Part shown: piece after piece, positions 37,354 through 46,537 of the stretch
Numbering within the stretch: the stretch's first letter is position 1
How the letters are laid out: each line of letters starts with the position of its first letter
Assembly (NCBI GenBank): GCA_031411295.1
Contig: JANOAV010000187.1
Location: 1 to 64,000 of the forward strand
DNA from: Verrucomicrobiales bacterium
Lineage (GTDB): Bacteria; Verrucomicrobiota; Verrucomicrobiia; Verrucomicrobiales; V1-33
DNA: 64,000 nucleotides
Reading direction: 5' to 3'
The notes under the pieces: model-generated
Seen by the model: the letters and a program-made list of their open reading frames with translations, nothing else
What the model was told of the DNA's origin: nothing
Database searches by the model: none
Translations under genes and position numbers: made by a program

Positions 37354-39876
37354 ATGGCTCGTGCTGAAATGATAACTCCCTCTGGTCTGGACCGTGTGCG
37401 TGCTTGGTATGCGCAGCGGGAGTGGCGGGCGTTTGCGTTTCAGGAGGAAGTGTGGGCGGCGTATCGGGCCGGGAAGTCGGGGCTGATTCATGCGCCGACG
37501 GGTTTGGGGAAGACGCTGGCGGCTTGGTTGGGGCCGGTGAGCGAGGCGCTGGAGCGTCCGGCCAGCAAGGGATTGCAGGTGCTGTGGCTCACGCCGCTGC
37601 GGGCGTTGGCGGTGGATAGTATGGAATCGCTGCGGGAACCGTTGGGCGAGTTGGGATTGGATTGGGAGGTGGCGATGCGCACGGGCGATTCCACGGCTAC
37701 GCAGAAAAAGAAGCTGAAAGAGAAATTTCCTCCGGCGTTAGTGACCACGCCGGAAAGTTTATCGCTGGCACTGAGTTATCCGGATGCGCAGGAGAAATTT
37801 TCCGGCCTGCAGGCGGTGATCGTGGATGAATGGCACGAGCTGCTAGGCAACAAGCGAGGCGTGCAGACGGAATTGTGTCTGGCGCGGTTGCGGGCATGGA
37901 ATCCGGGGTTGCGCGTCTGGGGTCTGTCCGCCACGATTGGGAATCTGGATGAAGCGCGCGATGTCTTGCTAGGCTCGGGCGCTGCCAATGTTGCGACTGG
38001 GGTGACGATTTCCAGCACGGAGAAAAAACGCATCGAGATCGAGACGCTGCTGCCGGAGAATATCGGCTTGTTTCCCTGGTCAGGGCACTTGGGTCGGGAA
38101 ATGGCGGGTCGGGTGTGGGAACGCATTGAGCAGGCCACGACGACGCTGTTGTTCACGAATACGCGAGCCCAGACGGAGATTTGGTTTCAGACGTTAGTCG
38201 ATCTGCGTCCTGACATGGCGGACCAGTTGGCGATGCATCATGGCTCGCTGGATAAAGCGGAGCGGAACGCGGTGGAGGATCGGTTGCGGGCGGGAAATGT
38301 GCGCTGTGTGGTGTGCACGTCCAGTCTGGATCTGGGGGTGGATTTCTCGCCTGTGGAGCAGGTGATCCAAGTGGGCAGCCCAAAGGGAATCGCGCGCATC
38401 CTGCAGCGGGCCGGGCGCAGCGGGCATCGGCCCGGAGCCATGAGCCGGGTGTTAGGAGTGCCGACGAATGCCTTTGAGTTGGTGGAATTTGCGGCGGCAC
38501 GTGAAGCGATGGAGCAGCGGCAGGTGGAGAAACGCAAGCCGCTTCGATTGCCGTTGGACGTGCTGGTGCAGCATTTAACCACGGTGGCGCTGGGCGGCGG
38601 ATTTACGGAGGCAGCGATGTTAGCGGAGATTCGCAGCACGTTTGCGTTTCGTGATTTAAACGATCTCGAATGGCAATGGGCACTGGATTTCATTACCCGG
38701 GGCGGGGAAGTGTTGCGGGCTTATCCAGACTTCCAGAAGGTGGTGCGGGAGGGGGAAGTTTTCCGCGTGGTGGATGATCGGATTGCGCGGACGCATCGGC
38801 TTACGATTGGCACCATTTCAGCGGATCCCGCCATCTCCGTGCGGTATGCCAATGGGCGTCGGTTGGGGACGGTGGAGGAATCATTCATTTCCAAAATTCG
38901 TCCTGGCGGGTTGTTTATTTTCAGTGGAAAACGGCTGGAGTTGGTGCGGTATCATCAACTGACGGCGGAAGTTAGAGACGCCAAGAAATCGAAGTCCACG
39001 GGGCAGATTCCCAGTTGGACGGGAGGGAAAAGTCCGCTGTCCACGGAGTTGGCGCATGCGGTTAGTCGCAAGCTGGCATCGGCCCCACGGGCGGGCGAGC
39101 ACGAACATGAACTCCGCGCCCTCTGGCCTATTCTCGAGATTCAGGCGGCGTGGAGTTTGGTGCCGGCGTTTGAGCAATTGCTGATTGAGGAAACGCGCAG
39201 CAAAGACGGCTCGCATGTGTTTGTGTTTCCGTTTGCGGGTCGCTTGGTGCACGAGGGCTTGGGCACGCTGGTGGCTTTCCGTCTGACGCGCGCGAAGCCC
39301 GCCACGATTCAGGTGCAATACAATGATTATGGTTTCGCCCTGACCTCGAAGTCGGATGTCTTTGTGGATGAGCAGACGTGGCGTGAGTTGTTGAGCGCGG
39401 AAAATTTACTGGAAGATCTGTCCGCCTGCATGAACACGCATGAGCTGGCGAAACGACAGTTCCGTGAAGTGGCGCGCGTGGCGGGATTGGTGGTGCAAGG
39501 CTACCCAGGCCAACCCAAGGGCGCGCGTTCGTTGCAGACTTCCAGCTCGCTGATGTATGATGTGTTTGCGAAATATGATCCGGGAAATCTACTGCTGGAG
39601 CAATCGCGACGCGAGATCATGGAGCGTCAATTGGAGTGGACGCGGCTGCGGGAAACGATGCTGGAGCTGGCGGAGCGGAAAATTGTGAAAGTTTACACGC
39701 AGCGTCTAACACCATTGGCATTTCCGCTCTGGGCGGAAGGCGTGGGCTCCAACAGTGTCACCACCGAAACCTTTACGAGCAAGCTGGCTGACATGCTTCA
39801 GCAGTTGGAAAGCGCGGCCCAGAATCTGGCAGATCCGGGGAATCGCCCGGAGTATGGGAGTGCGGGAGCAAAGTAG
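37354..39876 (+). CDS. Lhr-like ligase-associated DNA-damage-response DEXH-box helicase
   Basis: APTGLGKT, TPLRAL, TTPES, DEWHE, LSAT, HHGS, SSLDLGVDF, QRAGRSGH, FAGRLVHEGL, FREVARVAGL. Confidence 0.9.
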   Translation: MARAEMITPSGLDRVRAWYAQREWRAFAFQEEVWAAYRAGKSGLIHAPTGLGKTLAAWLGPVSEALERPASKGLQVLWLTPLRALAVDSMESLREPLGELGLDWEVAMRTGDSTATQKKKLKEKFPPALVTTPESLSLALSYPDAQEKFSGLQAVIVDEWHELLGNKRGVQTELCLARLRAWNPGLRVWGLSATIGNLDEARDVLLGSGAANVATGVTISSTEKKRIEIETLLPENIGLFPWSGHLGREMAGRVWERIEQATTTLLFTNTRAQTEIWFQTLVDLRPDMADQLAMHHGSLDKAERNAVEDRLRAGNVRCVVCTSSLDLGVDFSPVEQVIQVGSPKGIARILQRAGRSGHRPGAMSRVLGVPTNAFELVEFAAAREAMEQRQVEKRKPLRLPLDVLVQHLTTVALGGGFTEAAMLAEIRSTFAFRDLNDLEWQWALDFITRGGEVLRAYPDFQKVVREGEVFRVVDDRIARTHRLTIGTISADPAISVRYANGRRLGTVEESFISKIRPGGLFIFSGKRLELVRYHQLTAEVRDAKKSKSTGQIPSWTGGKSPLSTELAHAVSRKLASAPRAGEHEHELRALWPILEIQAAWSLVPAFEQLLIEETRSKDGSHVFVFPFAGRLVHEGLGTLVAFRLTRAKPATIQVQYNDYGFALTSKSDVFVDEQTWRELLSAENLLEDLSACMNTHELAKRQFREVARVAGLVVQGYPGQPKGARSLQTSSSLMYDVFAKYDPGNLLLEQSRREIMERQLEWTRLRETMLELAERKIVKVYTQRLTPLAFPLWAEGVGSNSVTTETFTSKLADMLQQLESAAQNLADPGNRPEYGSAGAK
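37516..37632 (+). repeat. Second (in-gene) copy of the 117-bp repeat
   Basis: Matches 34573-34689. Confidence 0.92.
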
Positions 39877-40267
39877 CCGTCATCGCTCCGCGTGACGGCA
39901 TTCGTCAGGGGAGGTGAGCGAGGTGGTGGCGATGCTGGGTTGCGCAATTCGGCATGCGTGGTGGATTGCAGGGACAGGAGCGCAGGGTTGCTGTTGGCGG
40001 GGTTGTGGCAGGCGAATCGTGCTGGTCATCACGCGGAGCGATGATGACTACTTTGGGCGGAGTATGGGAGTGCGGGAGCAAAGTAGTCGTCATCGCTCCG
40101 CGTGACGGTATTCGTCAGGAGAGGTGAGCGAGGTCGTGGCGATGCTGGGTTGCGCAAATCGGCATGCGTGGTGGATGGCAGGGACGGAGCGCTGGGTTGC
40201 AGTTGGCAGGGTTGTGGCAGGCGAATCGTGCTGGTCATCACGCGGAGCGATGATGACTACTTTGGGA
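39849..40267. repeat. Two tandem ~210-bp units, each with a pair of ~27-bp inverted repeats (GTAG-type REP/REPIN- or MITE-like)
   Basis: Units 39849-40058 and 40059-40267; each has caaagtagYcgtcatcgctccgcgtga ... tcacgcggagcgatgatgactactttg. Confidence 0.85.
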
Positions 40268-40348
40268 GTAACTTGCTACATTAAGCGCTGTGAACACTGG
40301 GTATAGAATATTTCAGCACATAAGGCCTGATGCTGGCGGCTTCGTGGC

Positions 40349-40377
40349 TCGACAGGGGCTCACACCATGAATAATAT
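40349..40377 (+). promoter_or_regulatory. Putative sigma-70-like promoter upstream of kinase paralog 2
   Basis: TCGACA-N17-TAATAT; CTCGACA also occurs upstream of paralog 1 (9552-9558). Confidence 0.3.
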
Positions 40378-40582
40378 TGTCATTTCAGGCAGGCGGGAGG
40401 ATTACTTTCTCGGAAATGCGGGCTAGACAATTTTGGAAGTCAAAATAGGATGCGGCAACGCATCAGCCGATGCGGGAATGCCCTGCCAGCCTATCTTCAA
40501 TCCGATGCTGAGGTGGTTTCGGACTCAAGTTGGGAGGCCTGCGGTGGCATTCTTTCGCACCTATTCACTATAACCATAACCC

Positions 40583-43500
40583 ATGTCAGAGAGCGCTCCG
40601 CAACGTCGCGTCGGTAAATACAGAATTCTTAAGGAACTAGGTAAGGGTTCCTTCGGGGTTACGAGCTTGGCGGAGCATGTCGGCCTGGGGAATCGTGTGG
40701 TTTTGAAGGAGTTGAAGGTGGGTGAAGGTGCGGACTCCACGTCCCGGGCACGCTTCATCGAAGAAGCCCGGATTCAGGCCAAACTGGGGGCTCAGCACAA
40801 GGGCATCGCCCAGGTTACGGAGTTGGACGAGGATGCAGATCCGCCGTATTATGTGGTGGAATTTTGTGATCAGGGAGATCTCGCCAAACTGGTCGAGAAG
40901 ACAGGGCCGTTGCCGCCCCTTCACGTCATGCGGATTGTCCGCCAAGTGGCGGATGCCCTTTCCTGTGCGCATCGTTTGGTGCTCCACCGGGATCTCAAGC
41001 CGCAAAATTTGGTGCTGGGATCGGCTCCAGGAACTGGCATCGAACCGATCATTAAATTAATCGACTTCGGTCTGGCGCGGTCGATCGATCAGAAGCAGGT
41101 GTCGGATGCAATGATGACGACGGCGGGGCAAATGTTGGGCACGGTCCTCTTTACCGCTCCCGAGCAGTTGCGGAGTGATGAAAATTTGGATTGTCGGTGC
41201 GATATCTTTTCGCTCGGCATGACCGCGTGGTATTTGCTGGAAGGCGCATCTCCAGTGAGCGGCACTTCCGGGCAGATTTTGACCGAGCGATTGTCTCCTG
41301 CCAGCTACGATGATGCAGTGCCGCAGGATCTCCCGGGAGATTTCCGCCAATTGCTCTGTCGAATGCTTGCCAAACGCGCCTCCGACCGCCCGGCCACAGC
41401 CTTGGAGGTGATTCGGGAGATCGACCGCTGCCTCACCGGGATTTCCCAAACCTGGACTCCGTTGGTGGAGATGGAGAAACCGGAGGAGAACAAAGAGCAA
41501 TCGATTGCGGAGCTCTACGACGTGAGCAGCGAAGGGACGACCATCATTGGGAAAACGCTCCTCGCCAAAGTCCGTGCGACTGGCCGCAGTGTGCATTTGC
41601 ATGCGTTGGAAGGAGCGGATCGGGCTGTGATTGCCACCTTGAGCCAATATGCTGGGCGGACCAGATCCACCGGCTGCCCGCACCTTCCCATCATGAAGAT
41701 GGAGTTACTGAAAGACGGTTGGGTGGTGGCGGAAGAACTGCTGGAAGGAGCCACCGACCTGAATGAAGTCATTTGTGAAACGAAGGCCCTCAGCCTCCCT
41801 ACCGCCGCTCCGCTCTTGCGCTATTTGGCGGATGCCTGCGATGCGGTGAAAGCTGCGGAATTGATTCATTTCCCGGTGACCATTAAGTCGGTTGAGCTGT
41901 GTGTCGCTGCCCGTCGCTGGATGGACGTGCTCCCAACCGGAAAATTTCGTTTACGCCTGCGCAGCGATATCGTCGCCCTGATGCCCGGCCGCAAATCCAT
42001 GAGCATCATTGCCGATCAGAAGGACACCATTGGCGCGACCTTGGATCCCAATGTGGGAGCGGGGAGCCTTACGGTGGCCCAGCGGTTTTTGCGCACTGCT
42101 TACTGGGTATTGGCTGGCAAGGAGCCTAGACCCGCCGCCTTCTATTCGCAGAGCGATTGCGATCCCATCCGCGGTCTCAACGAGGAAACGAACATGCTTT
42201 TCCGCCGCCACATCTCCGGGGCCTCCCTGCCGGAAGATCGTCCCTGCACCTATTTTCTGGAGCAAATTTGCCATGCGCAAGGCGTGCCCATGCCCCAGCC
42301 CTACGATCCCTGGGAGATAATAGAGGGGCATATTTCCGCCTGCGAAGACGATTTGGCAAGCCTGCGGCAAGAAGTGGCCCCTTGTGCCCAGTGGAATAAG
42401 GATTTGCCAGTGGCTGGCATGGCCACCGATGACAGCGGAGCCATGATGAGCTTGGCCACCACCCTAATGAGCAAGGTCGAGGAGTTACGGAGCCAATTGC
42501 GTGATCTGGAGGCCCAGACCGGAAGGAGTGGACTCAGCAGTGGTGCCACCATGACGGCAGGATCGGGAGCCACAGGGGGGAGGCTCAGTAGCCTCACGCT
42601 GGGCACGGAAGAACTCCACTCCACCCTGCGCCAAACCATTGCCGATGCCCAGGCCATGGCTGAGTGGTGGCGGTGCAAGCGGGCGGCGGATACCTCCCAG
42701 CACTTGCTGGCTTCCATCCCCTCAAGTTTACAGGATCTGCAAGAACGCTTCGATCAATTCAAATTCAGCGAAGGCCTCCCCGCCCTGGAATCCATTGAGC
42801 GGCAAGCCTTGTCGCTTCGCAAACAAGGCCTGCCAGAGTCAGATCCCGTGATTTTGCCCCCCGACGTGGCGACTCGCCTGCCGCAGGTCTTCTCAGATAA
42901 ACTGGCCGAGCTGAACCGTCATCGCGCCGATCTCGCCCAGGAGGCCACCAAAGCCATCCAATCCCTGCCGGAACTGCTGGACAAAATTCAGCTGGGGAAA
43001 AGGACCCTGACCATCACCGCATCCGCCGATGCCGAGCGCGCCACGTTGGAAAGTGAACTCCAACGAGCCGAGACCCTAACCCACGAAGCCGTCGAGAGCC
43101 TTAGTTCCAGCGGCAGCATCAACACTGTGGGTTCACCCCTGGTGAATCGAGCCCTCGATGCCGTGGGTTCCGCCCGGGCGGCCGCGAAACGTTTCCTCAC
43201 CGCAGTCGATCGCACTCCAAACCAAGCCCAGGTCACTTTTTTCCAATCCTGGCGCCAGCAACAACGTGACTTCGCTACCATCGAGAGCGCCCAGCGACTT
43301 GATATGTGCGAAAGCGCCCTCTCTGGCGCCAAACGTGACCTTGCCGGGCGGGTGGCCCTCGTCGCTGATAATCTGCGTCGGCAGACCGACGACTGCATCC
43401 GCGATGCCGCCACCCGGGAAAACGAATTGGCCACCTGCGTCAGCGAACTCACCCGACTTAAGCTGGAAGCCAAGGGGAGCACCGCCGCCCTGATCGGACG

Positions 43501-46500
43501 GCTGCAAAGCCTGGAGCGTGCTTTGGATGACATCCGCCGCAAACTAACGGCCATCCACACCTCCGCGAGCGGGACGATTAACACCAATCCCCCCACCGAT
43601 CTGCGCCTGCGCTTCGAGAGTGTGCGGCAGGATGCAGAAACTGCCATCACGCGGCTCCAAGATGATGTGGAACGGATTCGGATGCACTCCGGAGACCTCC
43701 AATCCGTGGACTCCTTCGTAGCTGAGCTAAGCAGCTTCCAAGATGAGCTGCGGACCGCTGAACAGACGGTCAAAGATTTGGGCATGGACCTCCCCAAATC
43801 CGCCCATCCGAATCAGACTTCCCTGACCGAACTGATCCAGCCGCTGGCCCATGCCGATACGTATTTGACCAAAGGCGCAGGCATTGAAACCACCCTAGCC
43901 GCCCTGCGATCGAAAACGGAGCAACTCGTCCGCCTCGGGGGCTCCACCGGTCAGGCTTGGGCCCGCCAAGCCACGGAAGCGCGCAATCGGGTGGAGGGGA
44001 TCCGGGGTGAGTTGGATAAATTGCTAACCGGGCTGCGCGCTGAACGCCGCCGCCTCGCCCAAAACGCCACCGATATCGTGGCCGCCAGCCAGTTGCGCCT
44101 CAGCAACCTGCGCAGCGATGCCAACGCCCGGAGCGCCGAAGCCGCCAGCCTGTCCATTGCCGCCGCCGATAAGGGCTATGCCGACGACGCCATTTGGAAG
44201 CAAATCTTCCACGAACGGGACCTCCTGCGCAGCCGCGTCACCACCCATCGCAGCGAGCTGGACACCATCCTCGCCTCCCTCGAACTGATTCCCAAACTCC
44301 CCAGCGATCTCGTCCTGCCCACCAGCGATGCCGCCGACCCCATCCGCCGAGCCCTCAGCGAAGTGGACACCAAGCTCAACACCATCCGCCGCCCCCCCGC
44401 CCCCGGCACTTGGAAGAAACTCAGCATAGCCGCCGCCATCGCCCTCCTCCTCGGCCTCGGTTTCCTCTTCCAACAACCCCTGCGCAAATTCTGGGCCGAC
44501 CTCAACGCCGCTCCCGCCGCCCTCCCCATGCGTTCGTTTGTTTGCGAGGGAGGCATCGGCACGAAGAACGTTCAATTCTATCTCGCCAAATCCAGCGAAT
44601 CAGATGCCCCGCAAAGCCCTCTGAAGTTGGACGGGCCCAACACCTTCTCTCTGGGCACGGATGTCATTCCGCTGGGGCACAGCGTTTACGCTACCTCAGC
44701 GGGGTATGAGCCAAAAGAGATTATCCCCAATGAAACACTGATGAGCTTTAAAGGGCCGGACGGAAAATATGCCCTAACCAAAGAAATTAATCTGGAGCGG
44801 ACTCAGATGGATGTCATCATCCAGACTAAAGAAGTGGACAAAGCCTATAGCGTGCTCTCCTTCACGTGGAAAGAACCCCTGAGTGACGAACCCAAGGCAG
44901 AGGGGCCTAGCGAGCCGCTCAGCATTATTCGGACCGCAGGCACGAATGAGGAGTCGATCAAGTTGAAGACCGGCAAATATTTGGTTCAAGCCCTCCTCAG
45001 CCGTGGCGACCAGACCTCCCGCCCCGTCGCCCCCGTTACTAACGGCTGGAACCTCATTGTCTCCAAGACCACAAAGCCATTAGTCTGCGATAAAATAGCT
45101 GCGCCTGTGATGCAAGCTGAGCCCAAAGAGATGATGGTGCCAATCACTGAAGTGGCCTTGAGCGGCAAGTTCAGTCCCTCGAAAATCAATTTTTATCTTT
45201 TGGCAGAACCGGTCCCTGACCCAACCGGAGCAGAGTTTGCTGGCGCGCTCAAAAGTGCGGCAAAAGTCACTGTAACTACCGAAAGCAGCACCGATCACAC
45301 CCTGAAGTTGACCGCCGCTGATCTGAAGGGAAAAGCGCTCTATGCCGTGGCTCCTGGCTATTACCCACTTCATTTGCCGGAATTGACAGAGAAAGAACTG
45401 GCAAAGCCCAGCGAAAAAAAACGGCTTCCGCTAGAGAAGGCGGTCCAGCTGACACGCAAGGTCTTCCAGGTAGAAGTGGACGCGTCGGATGTCCCTGAGT
45501 TCTACGATCTGGTCGTTTTCACTTGGAAAGGGCATTTGGAAGGCGAGGATGATGCAGAAGCAGCGCCTACTTCCACAAGCGTTAGTTTGGTGTCAACTCA
45601 ACCACGGACGAATCCGTTCAATGTAAAAACCCCGAAGGCCTTGCCGTCTGGAAAATACCTTGTGGAGCTCTCTAACAAGGCTGGCGTATGGAAGGATATC
45701 CGTGTCGAACCTTATAAAACAACGCCGGTTCCTGAGGGGCAGAATTTCAATTTGACCATTAGTCAGGCCGATCTCAAGCACGCTCCGGACACGACACCTT
45801 TCCGGCTCCACGGAACAGGCAAATATGACTTCACCATCCCCACCAAATCGAGCGTTGGTTCTTCCCTGCCACAAGCAAACGGCCCCCTCAGTCTTTCCAC
45901 TCGGGTTTCCGTTGAAATCAGCCAGGGGCGCATCCAAATGCTTTATAAAAATCCATACATTGGAATCAAGTGCCTTTACCGATTGTTCCGGAGTTACGCC
46001 TCCCAAGGGACGAAGAATGAGGAACTTCATTCCGCTACTCCAGACGACACCCGCATTCCAGACCTGCTGCGAGGCATGGCTGACACCTCCGACTTTGAGA
46101 CCTGGGTTGCGCAGCGCCTGGAAAGCGCCAATCCTCAGGGCAAGGTGCTGAAGGATGTTTATACAGATTGGGCCAGAGCCCTGCGTCAATTTGCCGGAGA
46201 AAAAGTGCCCCAGCCACCAGACAAGGATTCTCTAACAATCTGCCGGCAGTATGGGGACTCCTCTACCGGTGGTGATAACGACTTGGACAAAGCGAATACC
46301 AAAGCAGATATCCCGGCTATGGACCAGCCCTTCAATAAAGGGATAAAAAAATATTGGGCTGCGGGCTTCAAAATCGAGCAAATTTCGTCCGACGGTCTTC
46401 CTAGTGGGGTCTTCTCCTCAAGCCTCGGCACACCACCTAAAGAGGGGTTTCGAATCATTAAACTTGGTGCAACCTACAAAATGGAAAGCCTCAACAAGGA

Positions 46501-46537
46501 ACTAGGGGTATTAAGCGTGGAATTGAATTCTAAGTAG
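40583..46537 (+). CDS. Membrane Hanks-type Ser/Thr kinase (kinase + pseudokinase-like + long coiled coil + TM + repeated extracytoplasmic modules), paralog 2
   Basis: LGKGSFG, VVLK, HRDLKPQN, DFGLAR, APE intact; first ~575 aa colinear with 9661..12867; TM LSIAAAIALLLGLGFLF. Confidence 0.92.
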   Translation: MSESAPQRRVGKYRILKELGKGSFGVTSLAEHVGLGNRVVLKELKVGEGADSTSRARFIEEARIQAKLGAQHKGIAQVTELDEDADPPYYVVEFCDQGDLAKLVEKTGPLPPLHVMRIVRQVADALSCAHRLVLHRDLKPQNLVLGSAPGTGIEPIIKLIDFGLARSIDQKQVSDAMMTTAGQMLGTVLFTAPEQLRSDENLDCRCDIFSLGMTAWYLLEGASPVSGTSGQILTERLSPASYDDAVPQDLPGDFRQLLCRMLAKRASDRPATALEVIREIDRCLTGISQTWTPLVEMEKPEENKEQSIAELYDVSSEGTTIIGKTLLAKVRATGRSVHLHALEGADRAVIATLSQYAGRTRSTGCPHLPIMKMELLKDGWVVAEELLEGATDLNEVICETKALSLPTAAPLLRYLADACDAVKAAELIHFPVTIKSVELCVAARRWMDVLPTGKFRLRLRSDIVALMPGRKSMSIIADQKDTIGATLDPNVGAGSLTVAQRFLRTAYWVLAGKEPRPAAFYSQSDCDPIRGLNEETNMLFRRHISGASLPEDRPCTYFLEQICHAQGVPMPQPYDPWEIIEGHISACEDDLASLRQEVAPCAQWNKDLPVAGMATDDSGAMMSLATTLMSKVEELRSQLRDLEAQTGRSGLSSGATMTAGSGATGGRLSSLTLGTEELHSTLRQTIADAQAMAEWWRCKRAADTSQHLLASIPSSLQDLQERFDQFKFSEGLPALESIERQALSLRKQGLPESDPVILPPDVATRLPQVFSDKLAELNRHRADLAQEATKAIQSLPELLDKIQLGKRTLTITASADAERATLESELQRAETLTHEAVESLSSSGSINTVGSPLVNRALDAVGSARAAAKRFLTAVDRTPNQAQVTFFQSWRQQQRDFATIESAQRLDMCESALSGAKRDLAGRVALVADNLRRQTDDCIRDAATRENELATCVSELTRLKLEAKGSTAALIGRLQSLERALDDIRRKLTAIHTSASGTINTNPPTDLRLRFESVRQDAETAITRLQDDVERIRMHSGDLQSVDSFVAELSSFQDELRTAEQTVKDLGMDLPKSAHPNQTSLTELIQPLAHADTYLTKGAGIETTLAALRSKTEQLVRLGGSTGQAWARQATEARNRVEGIRGELDKLLTGLRAERRRLAQNATDIVAASQLRLSNLRSDANARSAEAASLSIAAADKGYADDAIWKQIFHERDLLRSRVTTHRSELDTILASLELIPKLPSDLVLPTSDAADPIRRALSEVDTKLNTIRRPPAPGTWKKLSIAAAIALLLGLGFLFQQPLRKFWADLNAAPAALPMRSFVCEGGIGTKNVQFYLAKSSESDAPQSPLKLDGPNTFSLGTDVIPLGHSVYATSAGYEPKEIIPNETLMSFKGPDGKYALTKEINLERTQMDVIIQTKEVDKAYSVLSFTWKEPLSDEPKAEGPSEPLSIIRTAGTNEESIKLKTGKYLVQALLSRGDQTSRPVAPVTNGWNLIVSKTTKPLVCDKIAAPVMQAEPKEMMVPITEVALSGKFSPSKINFYLLAEPVPDPTGAEFAGALKSAAKVTVTTESSTDHTLKLTAADLKGKALYAVAPGYYPLHLPELTEKELAKPSEKKRLPLEKAVQLTRKVFQVEVDASDVPEFYDLVVFTWKGHLEGEDDAEAAPTSTSVSLVSTQPRTNPFNVKTPKALPSGKYLVELSNKAGVWKDIRVEPYKTTPVPEGQNFNLTISQADLKHAPDTTPFRLHGTGKYDFTIPTKSSVGSSLPQANGPLSLSTRVSVEISQGRIQMLYKNPYIGIKCLYRLFRSYASQGTKNEELHSATPDDTRIPDLLRGMADTSDFETWVAQRLESANPQGKVLKDVYTDWARALRQFAGEKVPQPPDKDSLTICRQYGDSSTGGDNDLDKANTKADIPAMDQPFNKGIKKYWAAGFKIEQISSDGLPSGVFSSSLGTPPKEGFRIIKLGATYKMESLNKELGVLSVELNSK

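Noticed and set aside
39849..40267. Possible CRISPR array
   Set aside because: Repeats are in alternating orientation, the intervening sequences are near-identical rather than unique spacers, and no cas genes are present.
42988..44709. Several long overlapping ORFs inside kinase 2
   Set aside because: Explained by GC-rich codon bias of the real frame; low-complexity translations.
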